Below are positions 45,727 to 55,780 of a stretch of 64,000 nt of DNA, piece after piece. The notes under the pieces were generated by a model that was not told the origin of the DNA, ran no database searches, and saw only the letters and a list, made by a program, of their open reading frames with translations. This stretch comes from an uncultured Candidatus Saccharibacteria bacterium (GTDB taxonomy: Bacteria > Patescibacteriota > Minisyncoccia > Phycocordibacterales > UBA9973). The position numbers were made by a program, and so were the translations under genes. Every line of letters begins with the position of its first letter. Within the stretch, counting starts at the first letter, position 1. The stretch spans positions 19,000 to 82,999 of the forward strand of contig CAYXTA010000003.1 in NCBI GenBank assembly GCA_964468315.1, given 5' to 3'.

Positions 45727-46077
45727 ATGGAACAAAAACCAAAATTACCAATACCTAAGGATGTTATGTCTATTATTTTAAACCTTGAAGATTGTATTCA
45801 AAGGTTAGCAAGAGCAGAAATACCTTTTGAGTTGATTCACTTACTCACAACTCCTGTAAAAGAATTAGATGGTTTATCAGAAATTGCAAAAAACGCAGTT
45901 TATAAAACAACTGGTAAAAAAAATGAAAGCAATGAAGATATTTCTTTGTTTGACATTATCAAAAAAACCAAAAAAGATTTTTTAAAAACCATTAGGGTTG
46001 GTGAAGCTAGAGTAAAAGAAATTGAAGATTTTTTACGCTCACATGGCCTTGATTTCAAGCCAGAAAGAGCAGAATAA
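45727..46077 (+). CDS. stand-alone RNA polymerase alpha-subunit C-terminal-domain-like protein (116 aa)
   Basis: ELIHLLTTPVKELDGLSEIAKNAV and DFLKTIRVGEARVKEIEDFLRSHGL align to E. coli alpha-CTD [21 protein letters not shown] and [24 protein letters not shown]. Confidence 0.55.
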   Translation: MEQKPKLPIPKDVMSIILNLEDCIQRLARAEIPFELIHLLTTPVKELDGLSEIAKNAVYKTTGKKNESNEDISLFDIIKKTKKDFLKTIRVGEARVKEIEDFLRSHGLDFKPERAE

Positions 46078-46150
46078 ATTAAAAAATTAGGTGATAGTTT
46101 AGTTAAATTTGGTTAAGTTAAATTTAGTTGATTAAAAATCACCTATAAAC

Positions 46151-46180
46151 TCCCCTAGTTGCGTTAGGGGAGTTTTTTAT
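46151..46180 (+). terminator. terminator (ctcccct-agttgcgtt-aggggag + T6)
   Basis: 7-bp GC stem. Confidence 0.55.
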
Positions 46181-46181
46181 T

Positions 46182-46209
46182 TGACAAAATCTCCCAAAAG
46201 CGTAGAGTG
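46182..46209 (+). promoter_or_regulatory. promoter TTGACA-16-TAGAGT
   Basis: adjacent to the terminator. Confidence 0.45.
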
Positions 46210-46240
46210 AAATTAAACTAACCTTTTAAAACTTAAGAAA

Positions 46241-47113
46241 ATGAATAAAAATATGGACAATACAGTTGCTGAGTTTCTATCTCTAGAACCAGTTAAACGC
46301 AATGAATTATTTGCAAGAGAATATGATGTTTACCCAAATTTAAAATCACGAGCCAAACTCTTTTTATCTTTGCCGGTAGAAGAATCAGCTCGGATATTGT
46401 CTGAAGTTGATACTATTACGATGAATCAGTTTTTATTTGATCATATTTTTAAAATGCCAAATAAAAAACTTTTTGTTTTCAGTGAATTATTGCCGAAAGT
46501 TTTACCAATTGGTCGTTTAGTAGATTTAACTTTGGATTTAAATGGAACTATTCCTAGCGTTCAAGATTCTTTCTGCCTTATGCCTATTGAAACGATAACT
46601 GCAATTATTGATGAAGGTGTTTATGAAAATGAATTTCATGAAGAAAAAATAGGTGAAATTGCAAAAAAAATCGAATTTATTGAAATTGAAAAATTAAACA
46701 CAATACTTTTGAAAATAAAAGTAGAAAGTTTTAAGAAAATTGTTGAAGATACTTTTTTTTCTGGCTACGGCTTAGAGGGGAAGAAAAGAATATTGAACCA
46801 TGTTTCAATTCTTGAAGACAATAAAAGAATTGCAAAACTTTGCTTAGGAGTTAAAAAAGAAATTGCTCTGCGTATTGTTAAAGGAATCAAAGACAAACAA
46901 AAACAAAAACAAGTTTTAAAATTGCTTCCGCAAACTTACAAAGATTCATTTTTTAATAAAACTTCAAATTCAAAGAAAACTGTTTTAAGGGAATCTGAAA
47001 TTGATGTAACTAAGCTAAATATGAAAGCGAAAAAGAATTTCTTTAGAAGATTCCCTAAAAGTAAGCAAGTTTCAAAACTTTCAATTGTTGAAAAGATTGA
47101 AATATTTGCTTGA
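46241..47113 (+). CDS. hypothetical protein (290 aa)
   Basis: ORF only. Confidence 0.5.
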   Translation: MNKNMDNTVAEFLSLEPVKRNELFAREYDVYPNLKSRAKLFLSLPVEESARILSEVDTITMNQFLFDHIFKMPNKKLFVFSELLPKVLPIGRLVDLTLDLNGTIPSVQDSFCLMPIETITAIIDEGVYENEFHEEKIGEIAKKIEFIEIEKLNTILLKIKVESFKKIVEDTFFSGYGLEGKKRILNHVSILEDNKRIAKLCLGVKKEIALRIVKGIKDKQKQKQVLKLLPQTYKDSFFNKTSNSKKTVLRESEIDVTKLNMKAKKNFFRRFPKSKQVSKLSIVEKIEIFA

Positions 47114-47121
47114 TCTTGTTT

Positions 47122-47153
47122 AAAAGCCTGTCGCACATCTGACAGGCTTTTTT
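47122..47153 (+). terminator. terminator (agcctgtc-gcacatct-gacaggct + T6)
   Basis: 8-bp stem. Confidence 0.6.
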
Positions 47154-47155
47154 AT

Positions 47156-47184
47156 TTGCAAAAAAGCCTTAAATGTTTTATATT
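47156..47184 (+). promoter_or_regulatory. promoter TTGCAA-17-TATATT upstream of fusA
   Basis: read directly. Confidence 0.45.
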
Positions 47185-47255
47185 GTAAGTATTAGAGCTT
47201 TATCTTTTTAAGGCTTTTTATTTTGTTTATTTATCATTAATTATTAAAAATATAT

Positions 47256-49403
47256 ATGGAAAGAGACTATCCACTAGAGAAAGTTAGAAATATCGGAATT
47301 ATTGCCCACATTGATGCGGGTAAGACAACGACAACAGAGCGTGTGCTTTATTATACAGGTGTTTCACATAAAATAGGTGAAGTTCACGACGGAGAAACAA
47401 CTACAGACTGGATGGAACAAGAGCGTGAAAGAGGTATCACTATTACTTCTGCTGCTGTTACTTGTTTCTGGACGCCTACATATGCAGGAACTGATAAAAC
47501 AAAGAAACATCGTTTCAATATTATCGACACACCTGGACACATCGACTTCACAGTGGAAGTAAAAAGATCTCTCCGTGTTCTCGACGGTGCTGTCGTCGTT
47601 TTCGACGGTGTTGCTGGTGTAGAACCTCAATCAGAAACAAACTGGCGTTATGCTGATGAAGCAAAAGTTCCACGTATTTGTTTCGTAAACAAACTTGATC
47701 GTACAGGTGCAAGTTTCGAGCATTCATTTGCTACTATTCTTGACCGTTTAAATAAAAATGCTGTGCGTTACCAAATCCCTATTGGTTTAGAAGATCAACA
47801 CGAAGGTGTTATCGATCTTTTGAAAATGAAAGCTTACTATTTCGAAGGTGAAATGGGTAATAAAGTTATCGAAAAAGAAATTCCTGAAAATATGAAAGCT
47901 GATGCAGAAAAATATCATGCTGAACTTGTTGAAAAAATAGTTGAGACAGATGATGTAATGATGACAGAATACTTGGATGGAAAAATACCAAGTATCGATG
48001 TTCTTAAAAAAACACTTCGTAAAGCTGTTATTAATAATGACATTTTCCCAGTTTTCGCTGGATCAGCATTGAAAAATAAGGGTGTACAACTCGTGCTCGA
48101 CGCTGTCATTGACTATTTACCAGCTCCTACAGACATTCCTCCTATCGGTGGAATAAACCCTGATACAGAAGAAGCGATGGTTCGCCATGCTTCTGATATA
48201 GAACCTTTCTCAGCCCTTGCATTCAAGATCGCAACTGATCCATTCGTAGGACAAATTATTTTCTTCCGTGTATATTCTGGAACTCTTTCAGCTGGAAGTT
48301 ATGTTTACAATCCTAGAACTCGCAACAAAGAAAGAATCGGCCGTATCTTGCGTATGCATGCCAACGACCGTGAAGAAGTGAAACAAGTTTTCGCGGGAGA
48401 AATCGCAGCTGCTGTGGGACTTAAAGATACAATTACTTCAGATACTATATGTGATGAAGCAAATCCAATTATCTTAGATCGTATCGTTTTTCCTGAACCA
48501 GTTATTTCTCTACGTATTGAACCAAAAACAAAAGCTGACCAAGAAAAAATGGGTATGGCACTAAACCGTCTCGCTCAAGAAGATCCAACTTTCAAAGTTT
48601 CAACTGATCAAGAAACAGGAGAAACAATTATTGCGGGAATGGGAGAACTTCATCTTGAAATCATTGTTGATCGTATGAAACGTGAATTTTCTGTTGAAGC
48701 AAATGTTGGTAAACCACAAGTTGCATACAGAGAAACTATCACTGGTTCTTCAGAAGTTGAAGGTAAATATATCAAACAATCTGGAGGTCGTGGAAACTAC
48801 GGTCACGTAAAAATCAAAATCAAACCTATGGCACCAATGACAAAAGAGGAAGTTGCAGATCTACCTAAAAACGTAAAGAGAACAGGAGAATTTGAATTCA
48901 TAAACACAATCAAAGGAGGTGCTATTCCACAAGAATACATTCCTGCTTGTGAAAAAGGATTCAAAGAAGGTCTCGATCGTGGAATTCTTGCTGGTTTCAA
49001 AATGGTGAATGTTTCTGTTGATCTTTGGGACGGATCTTTCCACGAAGTCGACTCAAACGAAATGGCTTTCAAAATCGCTGCTTCGATGGCAATACAAGAT
49101 GCTTGTAAAATGGCTCGTCCTGTTATTCTTGAACCTATGATGAAAGTAGAAGTTGTTACTCCAGATAAATTCATGGGAGACGTTACAGGGTCACTTTCAG
49201 CAAAACGTGGAATCATCGAAGGTATGGAAGATCGTGGTATGAACAAAGTTGTAAAAGGCGTTGTTCCACTTTCTGAAATGTTCGGTTATATGACAAACCT
49301 TCGTTCTATGACAGAAGGTCGTGCAGGATTCACTATGGAATTCCTACGTTACGACATCGTGCCACAAAACGTAGCCGATACAATCATCGCTTCTAGAAAA
49401 TAA
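47256..49403 (+). CDS. fusA: elongation factor G
   Basis: [14 protein letters not shown]-domain and full EF-G length and motifs. Confidence 0.97.
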   Translation: MERDYPLEKVRNIGIIAHIDAGKTTTTERVLYYTGVSHKIGEVHDGETTTDWMEQERERGITITSAAVTCFWTPTYAGTDKTKKHRFNIIDTPGHIDFTVEVKRSLRVLDGAVVVFDGVAGVEPQSETNWRYADEAKVPRICFVNKLDRTGASFEHSFATILDRLNKNAVRYQIPIGLEDQHEGVIDLLKMKAYYFEGEMGNKVIEKEIPENMKADAEKYHAELVEKIVETDDVMMTEYLDGKIPSIDVLKKTLRKAVINNDIFPVFAGSALKNKGVQLVLDAVIDYLPAPTDIPPIGGINPDTEEAMVRHASDIEPFSALAFKIATDPFVGQIIFFRVYSGTLSAGSYVYNPRTRNKERIGRILRMHANDREEVKQVFAGEIAAAVGLKDTITSDTICDEANPIILDRIVFPEPVISLRIEPKTKADQEKMGMALNRLAQEDPTFKVSTDQETGETIIAGMGELHLEIIVDRMKREFSVEANVGKPQVAYRETITGSSEVEGKYIKQSGGRGNYGHVKIKIKPMAPMTKEEVADLPKNVKRTGEFEFINTIKGGAIPQEYIPACEKGFKEGLDRGILAGFKMVNVSVDLWDGSFHEVDSNEMAFKIAASMAIQDACKMARPVILEPMMKVEVVTPDKFMGDVTGSLSAKRGIIEGMEDRGMNKVVKGVVPLSEMFGYMTNLRSMTEGRAGFTMEFLRYDIVPQNVADTIIASRK

Positions 49404-49424
49404 TTTTATAAAATTAAATTCACA

Positions 49425-49461
49425 AAAGCCCTGCCGGACATGTCCGGCAGGGCTTTTGCTT
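49425..49461 (+). terminator. terminator: perfect 28-bp palindrome agccctgccggacatgtccggcagggct + T-run
   Basis: read directly. Confidence 0.7.
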
Positions 49462-49463
49462 TA

Positions 49464-49492
49464 TTGACAAAAAACCATTTTAGCTCAATACT
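49464..49492 (+). promoter_or_regulatory. promoter TTGACA-17-AATACT
   Basis: adjacent to the terminator. Confidence 0.4.
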
Positions 49493-49552
49493 AGTGTTTA
49501 GATAGCAAATAGTGCTGTAATTTTTCTTTAATAACATTAAATAATTTAAAAA

Positions 49553-49711
49553 ATGAAAATATTGTTAATAATAAATATTTTTGAAAAAACTCTAGGACCT
49601 TTATGGTTTCTAATTATTTTTTTCAGTGTTCTAGCTTTGTTTATAGTCATTTTATTTAAACCTTGGCAAAAAAATAAAAAGCTTAAGCAACCAAAAAACG
49701 AAAGAAATTAA
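49553..49711 (+). CDS. possible small membrane protein (52 aa)
   Basis: MKILLIINIFEKTLGPLWFLIIFFSVLALFIVILFKPWQKNKKLKQPKNERN, one TM; below ORF-track cutoff. Confidence 0.3.
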   Translation: MKILLIINIFEKTLGPLWFLIIFFSVLALFIVILFKPWQKNKKLKQPKNERN

Positions 49712-49758
49712 AACTCACAAAAATTCACTAAATACTAAACAAAAAAACGCAAAAACGT

Positions 49759-50079
49759 ATGAAACACTTAGAGATTTTTACTAGATTGAAAAACGGAGAG
49801 ATTATTTTTATTGAAAGTTGTAACATTGAAAAGAAAAAATTCTTTGGTTCTACTCTTCATTCTAGAATTTTAAAATTAAAACATTACAAATTCGATGAAA
49901 TAGACGATTCTTGGAGTTTACTTGGTGATAATGAAAAATTAGAAATTCTAAAAAAGCATTATAAATCTTTAGATTATTATGATGTTAATTTAACAAGTAC
50001 AAAAACAAGACATAGTCTCCTTACGGATTCTATTCTAATACAACCTTTCTTAAACTCTCGTTCTAAAAAAGTTGCTTAA
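49759..50079 (+). CDS. hypothetical protein (106 aa)
   Basis: ORF only; sits between fusA and tuf. Confidence 0.4.
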   Translation: MKHLEIFTRLKNGEIIFIESCNIEKKKFFGSTLHSRILKLKHYKFDEIDDSWSLLGDNEKLEILKKHYKSLDYYDVNLTSTKTRHSLLTDSILIQPFLNSRSKKVA

Positions 50080-50096
50080 AATCTAAAACCAAAAAA

Positions 50097-50345
50097 ATGG
50101 AACCAAATGTATATGATCTTTCAAAAAGTTTTGTGAATAAAGAAAAGTCCTGTGTACATGTACCTGTTCAAATTTTTGGTCCCAGATCAAATTGGGTGGA
50201 CATTCCACTTGTTTTTGAGCTTTCTATTCTTTTGGAAAATCATTACAAGGATTTAATGTTTACTGGTAAGTATGCTGTACCACAAGAAAAAAAAATAAAA
50301 GAGTATCTTTTTTATTTTAAACAAAATAAAGCCGACCCGAAATAA
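50097..50345 (+). CDS. hypothetical protein (82 aa)
   Basis: ORF only; stop overlaps the terminator hairpin. Confidence 0.4.
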   Translation: MEPNVYDLSKSFVNKEKSCVHVPVQIFGPRSNWVDIPLVFELSILLENHYKDLMFTGKYAVPQEKKIKEYLFYFKQNKADPK

Positions 50346-50361
50346 AGGGCCGGCTTTTTTA
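50331..50361 (+). terminator. terminator (gccgaccc-gaaataaa-gggccggc + T6)
   Basis: 8-bp stem with one mismatch. Confidence 0.55.
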
Positions 50362-50362
50362 T

Positions 50363-50390
50363 TTGACAATGTTTTTTAATTTGCTATTAT
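50363..50390 (+). promoter_or_regulatory. promoter TTGACA-16-TATTAT, about 150 nt upstream of tuf
   Basis: read directly. Confidence 0.5.
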
Positions 50391-50539
50391 AGACCTAACT
50401 GCACTTTTGGCAGTTTTTATATTGCCGAAAGAGTAAAATTGTTTATAAAAATTTATTATTAGTTTTAATTAAGTTAGTAGTTAAGCCTTAGCGACTGGTT
50501 CTCGTACGTTAAGTTTTACTTATTAGCTAAAATAATCAT

Positions 50540-51736
50540 ATGGCATCAGAAGAATTTAAAAGAGACAAGCCACACGTAAACGTTGGTACTATCGGTCACG
50601 TTGACCACGGAAAGACTACTTTAACAGCAGCTATTTTGAACGTTCTTAATCTTAACGGTAAGACTGTTAAAATGAAGGGTGTTGGAGATATCGACAATGC
50701 TCCTGAAGAAAAAGCTCGTGGAATCACTATTAATATTTCACACAACGAGTATTCTACAGATACTCGTCACTATGCTCACATTGATGCTCCAGGTCACGCT
50801 GACTACATCAAAAACATGATCACTGGTGCTGCTCAAATGGACGGTGCTATCCTCGTAGTTGCTGCTACAGACGGTGCTATGCCACAAACACGTGAACACG
50901 TTCTCCTTGCAAAACAAGTTGGTGTTCCAAAAATCATCGTTTTCCTTAACAAATGTGACATGGTTGATGATAAAGATATGATCGACCTCGTTGAAGAAGA
51001 AATACGTGAACTCCTTACAAAACAAGGCTTTGATGGCGCAGGTGCTCCAGTTATCCGTGGATCAGCTCTAAAAGGTCTTGAAGCTACATCAGCTGATGAC
51101 GAATGGGCAAAGAAGATCATGGATCTTGCAAACGCTCTTGATACATATATCCCAGTTCCAGAACGAGATACAGCAAAACCTTTCCTTATGGCTATAGAAG
51201 ACATCTTTTCTATCGAAGGACGTGGAACAGTTGTAACTGGAAAAATCGAAAGAGGTATCGTAAAAGTTGGTGAAGACGTTGAAGTTGTTGGTATTAAAGC
51301 AACACAAAAGACTACAGTTACTGGTATTGAAATGTTCAACAAGAACCTTCAAGAAGGTATGGCTGGAGACAACGCTGGAATCCTTCTACGTGGACTTAAG
51401 AAAGATGATATAACTCGTGGACAAGTTCTTTCAAAACCAGGAACTGTTACTCCACATGATAACTTTACTTGTGAAGTTTACATCTTGAAAAAAGAAGAAG
51501 GTGGACGTCATACTCCATTCTTCAAAGGTTACAAGCCTCAATTCTACATCCGTACTACAGACGTTACAGGAGAAGTTGAACTAGCAGAAGGAGTAGAAAT
51601 GGTTATGCCTGGAGATACTGCAAAATTCACAGTTAAATTGGTTACACCAGTAGCTCTCGAAGAACAACAACGTTTTGCTATCCGTGAAGGAGGTAAGACA
51701 GTTGGTGCCGGAGTTGTTACTAAAATTATTGCTTAA
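50540..51736 (+). CDS. tuf: elongation factor Tu
   Basis: [14 protein letters not shown]...DAPGHADY...NKCD canonical. Confidence 0.97.
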   Translation: MASEEFKRDKPHVNVGTIGHVDHGKTTLTAAILNVLNLNGKTVKMKGVGDIDNAPEEKARGITINISHNEYSTDTRHYAHIDAPGHADYIKNMITGAAQMDGAILVVAATDGAMPQTREHVLLAKQVGVPKIIVFLNKCDMVDDKDMIDLVEEEIRELLTKQGFDGAGAPVIRGSALKGLEATSADDEWAKKIMDLANALDTYIPVPERDTAKPFLMAIEDIFSIEGRGTVVTGKIERGIVKVGEDVEVVGIKATQKTTVTGIEMFNKNLQEGMAGDNAGILLRGLKKDDITRGQVLSKPGTVTPHDNFTCEVYILKKEEGGRHTPFFKGYKPQFYIRTTDVTGEVELAEGVEMVMPGDTAKFTVKLVTPVALEEQQRFAIREGGKTVGAGVVTKIIA

Positions 51737-51763
51737 TTAAATTAAAAAAGTCTATTAGCTCTT

Positions 51764-52159
51764 ATGACAACAGCAGAAACAAAAACAAAAAAGCCTAAAA
51801 CAGCATCTTCAGTGAAAGCTTCCAAAATGAAAGAAAAGAAGGAAGAAGGAAAAGAAGTGGTATTACGAATCCGAGTTCGTGCTTACGAGAGCAAGATTTT
51901 GGATGCGTCTGTAAAACAGATTATCGATACAGCTATGCGTTACGATGCAAAAGTTGTCGGTCCTGTACCACTTCCTACTGAGATCAAAAAATATACAGTA
52001 AACCGTGCTTCTTTTGTTTACAAAAATGCTCGCGAGCAATTTGAAATGAGAGTACATAAGAGAGTGATTGATATTTTAAATCCATCACCAAAGACTATCG
52101 AAGCGTTGACGAGTTTATCTCTTCCTTCAGGAGTCGATATAGATGTAAAAATGATATAA
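51764..52159 (+). CDS. rpsJ: 30S ribosomal protein S10 with about 30-aa Lys-rich N-terminal extension
   Basis: core RIRVRAYESKILD...GPVPLPT matches S10. Confidence 0.95.
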   Translation: MTTAETKTKKPKTASSVKASKMKEKKEEGKEVVLRIRVRAYESKILDASVKQIIDTAMRYDAKVVGPVPLPTEIKKYTVNRASFVYKNAREQFEMRVHKRVIDILNPSPKTIEALTSLSLPSGVDIDVKMI

Positions 52160-52172
52160 AAGAGATAAATTT

Positions 52173-52787
52173 ATGAAATTCATTCTTGGAACAAAAGTTA
52201 ATATGACAGAGTATTTTTCTCCAGACGGACGCGTTGTTCCTGTAACAGTTATTTCAACTGGTCCAGTCAAAGTTGTCACTCTAAAATCAAAAGAAACAGA
52301 TGGTTATAATGCTGTACAAGTTGGTTATGGAGAGCAGAAAAAAGAAAGAGTAAACAAAGCTCAAATCGGACAAATGAAAGGAGATACTTTTAAAGTTCTC
52401 AAAGAATTTCGCCTAAAAGCTGGAGATACTTTCGAAGGTGCTGTCGGTGATACTATTGATTCTTCTATTTTTGAAGTTGGTGATAGTTTACAAGTATCAG
52501 GAATTTCAAAAGGTAAAGGTTTTCAAGGTGTCGTCAAAAGACACGGTTTCCATGGAGGCCCTAGAAGTCACGGTCAGAAACACTCAGAACGTGAGCCAGG
52601 ATCTATTGGTGGAGGTCTTCGTACACACGTACCAAAAGGTATGCGTATGGCAGGAAGAATGGGATCAGATAGAATTACTTACAAAAATTTAAAAGTAGTT
52701 TTTGTTGATAAAGAAAATAACACAATGCTTATCAAAGGAGCAATACCAGGCAAGCGTGGTGACGTTATTGAAATAACAGCAAGATAA
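52173..52787 (+). CDS. rplC: 50S ribosomal protein L3
   Basis: canonical. Confidence 0.95.
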   Translation: MKFILGTKVNMTEYFSPDGRVVPVTVISTGPVKVVTLKSKETDGYNAVQVGYGEQKKERVNKAQIGQMKGDTFKVLKEFRLKAGDTFEGAVGDTIDSSIFEVGDSLQVSGISKGKGFQGVVKRHGFHGGPRSHGQKHSEREPGSIGGGLRTHVPKGMRMAGRMGSDRITYKNLKVVFVDKENNTMLIKGAIPGKRGDVIEITAR

Positions 52788-52801
52788 TAAATATTAAAGT
52801 C

Positions 52802-53467
52802 ATGAAAGCAACAATCTACAATCAAAAAGGAACAAGTGCAGGTACTATCGATCTACCAGAGAGTGTATTCGGCTTGAAATGGAAAACTGACCTTGTGCAC
52901 CAAGTTGTAGAAGGTATCCGTAGTAACAAACGTGCTGGTACAGCTGACACAAAAGGCCGTGGAGAAGTGCGTGGAGGAGGTAAGAAGCCTTGGAAACAAA
53001 AAGGAACAGGACGTGCTCGTCACGGATCATCTCGCTCACCTATATGGGTTGGTGGAGGAGTCACACACGGACCACTTGCAGAAAAGAACTACAAGAAAAA
53101 GATCAACAAGAAAATGCGTATTGCCGCACTCTTCACAGTACTTTCAAAGAAATTCAAAGATGAAGAAATAATTTTTGTTGATTCACTTGCTCAATCAGCT
53201 ATCAAAACAAAGACTGCTATGGACGCTATAACAAATATTTCAAAAGGTGCTGGTATCAAAGACCTTGCAAGTGCAAAGAAAGCTCGTGCATTGGTTGCTC
53301 TATCAGAAAAAAATACAAATATACAAAAGAGTTTCAGAAATATTCCTTCTCTTGAAATGGCTGTTATACAAAATATAAACCCAATGCAATTATTGAATCA
53401 AAAATATTTGATAATAGAAAATCCAGAAGTCGCTATTGCATTTTTAACATCAAAATTAGAGAAATAA
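52802..53467 (+). CDS. rplD: 50S ribosomal protein L4
   Basis: canonical. Confidence 0.95.
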   Translation: MKATIYNQKGTSAGTIDLPESVFGLKWKTDLVHQVVEGIRSNKRAGTADTKGRGEVRGGGKKPWKQKGTGRARHGSSRSPIWVGGGVTHGPLAEKNYKKKINKKMRIAALFTVLSKKFKDEEIIFVDSLAQSAIKTKTAMDAITNISKGAGIKDLASAKKARALVALSEKNTNIQKSFRNIPSLEMAVIQNINPMQLLNQKYLIIENPEVAIAFLTSKLEK

Positions 53468-53471
53468 TTTT

Positions 53472-53747
53472 ATGGCAGATATAAAAATAATCAAAAAACC
53501 AAGAATCACAGAAAAAGCAGCAATCTTTGCAGAAAAGGGTGTATATACTTTCGAAGTTTCTCCGCGCGCTACAAAAAATGAAGTAGCAAAAGAAATCGAA
53601 AAGATATACAAAGTAAAACCTGTGAAAGTAAATATGTTGAAAATTCCAGTAAAGAAGACTTTTGTCCGTGGTAAAGAAGGTACAAAAAATGGTGGAAAGA
53701 AAGCGGTCGTGTATTTAAAAAAGGGCGACAAAATAGAATTGATTTAA
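53472..53747 (+). CDS. rplW: 50S ribosomal protein L23
   Basis: canonical. Confidence 0.93.
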   Translation: MADIKIIKKPRITEKAAIFAEKGVYTFEVSPRATKNEVAKEIEKIYKVKPVKVNMLKIPVKKTFVRGKEGTKNGGKKAVVYLKKGDKIELI

Positions 53748-53760
53748 TTTTTTAAAATAA

Positions 53761-54600
53761 ATGAAAACATACAAACCGACAAGTAAATCAAGAAGACAAA
53801 TGACAAACATCAAATACCGTGATGTTTTGACTAAGACTACACCTGAGAAATCTCTTACTTATGGCTTCAAAAGAAGTGTAGGAAGAAATAATCTCGGACG
53901 TATTACTACTCGTCACAAAGGTGCTGGACACAAGCGCTTATTTAGAGATGTTGATTTCTTGTATAACAAAAAAGATATTCCTGCAAAAATAACAAGTATA
54001 GAATATGATCCAAACCGTTCATCATTCATAGGACTTGTTGTTTACAAAGATGGAGAGAAGAGATATGTCATATTGCCTCAAACGGTAAAACCAGGAGACA
54101 CTTTTGTTGTTTCAGAAAATGCTGAACTCAAAGTAGGTAATCGTTTAATGCTTAAGAATATACCTGTTGGTACTTTTGTATACAACATAGAAATGAAAGC
54201 AGGATCTGGTGCAAAGATAGCTCGTTCTGCGGGAATATTTGCTCAAGTTGTTGCTAACGCTGATGGATATACAAATATAAAAATGCCTTCATCTGAAGTT
54301 CGTAAAGTTTCTGAACTCGCTTGGGCATCTGTCGGTTCTGTTTCAAACGAAGAGCATCACTTAGAGAACTATGGTAAAGCAGGACGTTCACGTTGGAAGG
54401 GTATAAGACCAACAGTTCGTGGTACTGCTATGAACCCAGTAGACCACCCATACGGAGGAGGAGAAGGACGCCAAGGACGCGGAACACGTCGACCAAAGAC
54501 TATGTGGGGTAAGGTTACAGGAGGAAGAAAGACAAGAACTCCAAAGAAATACTCAAACGTATTCATCGTATCACGCAGAAAGACAGGAAAGAACAAATAA
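53761..54600 (+). CDS. rplB: 50S ribosomal protein L2
   Basis: canonical (GRNN.GRIT.RH.GGGHK...). Confidence 0.97.
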   Translation: MKTYKPTSKSRRQMTNIKYRDVLTKTTPEKSLTYGFKRSVGRNNLGRITTRHKGAGHKRLFRDVDFLYNKKDIPAKITSIEYDPNRSSFIGLVVYKDGEKRYVILPQTVKPGDTFVVSENAELKVGNRLMLKNIPVGTFVYNIEMKAGSGAKIARSAGIFAQVVANADGYTNIKMPSSEVRKVSELAWASVGSVSNEEHHLENYGKAGRSRWKGIRPTVRGTAMNPVDHPYGGGEGRQGRGTRRPKTMWGKVTGGRKTRTPKKYSNVFIVSRRKTGKNK

Positions 54601-54613
54601 TATTAAAACTAAC

Positions 54614-54640
54614 AAAAATCCCCGAAAGGGGATTTTTGTT
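54614..54640 (+). terminator. terminator aaaaatccccgaaaggggatttttgtt (copy 2 of 2 identical)
   Basis: identical to 44591..44617. Confidence 0.7.
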
Positions 54641-54736
54641 ATTACTATTGACTTTTTATTTTGTTTATGCTATTTTGTATTTAAATACTGCGAATGCCGA
54701 AAGCAGAGAAAAATCGGTTCATTTAAAAAATATATA

Positions 54737-55324
54737 GTGGAAACAACAACAATTCTTGGTATGTTGGGAGGATTGCTGTCTTTGATAGCATATTTTCCTT
54801 ACTGGTATTCGATTTTTACTGGACATACCCGCCCGCAACGCGCAAGTTGGCTTATTTGGATCTTTTCTGATTCTTTGGTACTAGCAACATCAGGTGCTCT
54901 TGGTGCAAGAGATAGTTTATGGGTTCCTGTTGCTTATGTTATTGGAACAATAATTACTTTTATTTTTTCAATTAAAAAAGGACAAGGAGGAACACATTGG
55001 TTCGATATAGTCTGTCTTGGTATAACTTTTATGTCTGGTGTGCTTTGGTACATCACAGGAAACCCTTTTCAGTCTCTTTTGATTAATTTAACCATAGTAG
55101 CAATTGGAACAATTCCAACCCTATTAAAGGTATCAAAAGATCCATATTCAGAAAATATGACAGGTTTTATTTTCTGGACATCTGGAAGTTTCTGTAGCTT
55201 TTTAGCGGTAATGCTTGGAAATCGAATAACCATAGAGTTATGGTTGCAACCTTTGTGGTTTCTTGGACTTCAATTTCTTATGATGATGTTTATTATCATA
55301 TATCGAAGTTTTAAACGGAACTAA
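54737..55324 (+). CDS. polytopic membrane protein (195 aa, about 6 TM)
   Basis: hydrophobic helices throughout; inserted between rplB and rpsS. Confidence 0.55.
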   Translation: METTTILGMLGGLLSLIAYFPYWYSIFTGHTRPQRASWLIWIFSDSLVLATSGALGARDSLWVPVAYVIGTIITFIFSIKKGQGGTHWFDIVCLGITFMSGVLWYITGNPFQSLLINLTIVAIGTIPTLLKVSKDPYSENMTGFIFWTSGSFCSFLAVMLGNRITIELWLQPLWFLGLQFLMMMFIIIYRSFKRN

Positions 55325-55369
55325 ATAGATTAAAATCCTCGGACTGATACAGTTCGGGGATTTTTTATT

Positions 55370-55780
55370 TTGTTATATAATGGTTGTATGGAAAAAATGT
55401 CAGAAAAGAAAAGGTTTTCATTGGTAGCTCGGGCGAAGAGTTTTACTCATGCGGTGCGAGGTGTTTTTGTTTTTTTGAGGAGTACACACAATGCATGGGT
55501 GCATTTATTTGTTACTTTTATTGTTTTATTTTTAGGATTCTTTTTTAATATTTCTGCGACAGAATGGATAGAGTTAATCTTCGCAATAGGTTTTGTTTTT
55601 GTAGCTGAGGCCTTCAATACAGCCATAGAAATAGACATGGATCTCACAAGTCCAGAATATCATCCTTATGCTCGTGATACGAAGGACGTAGCTGCTGGGG
55701 CAGTGCTTATAGCTGTGAAAGTTGCAGTACTCGTTGGTCTCATTATTTTTGTTCCAAAATTTATTTCTTTTTTTAGTTAA
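55370..55780 (+). CDS. dgkA: prokaryotic diacylglycerol kinase/undecaprenol kinase family (DgkA)
   Basis: RSTHNAWVH...VAEAFNTAIEIDMDL...RDTKDVAAGAVL pattern, 3 TM. Confidence 0.8.
   Translation: MLYNGCMEKMSEKKRFSLVARAKSFTHAVRGVFVFLRSTHNAWVHLFVTFIVLFLGFFFNISATEWIELIFAIGFVFVAEAFNTAIEIDMDLTSPEYHPYARDTKDVAAGAVLIAVKVAVLVGLIIFVPKFISFFS

Noticed and set aside
47165-47216. Second long hairpin (agcctt ... aaggct) in the fusA leader as a riboswitch/attenuator
   Set aside because: Only a 6-bp stem with a 40-nt AT-rich loop; insufficient evidence
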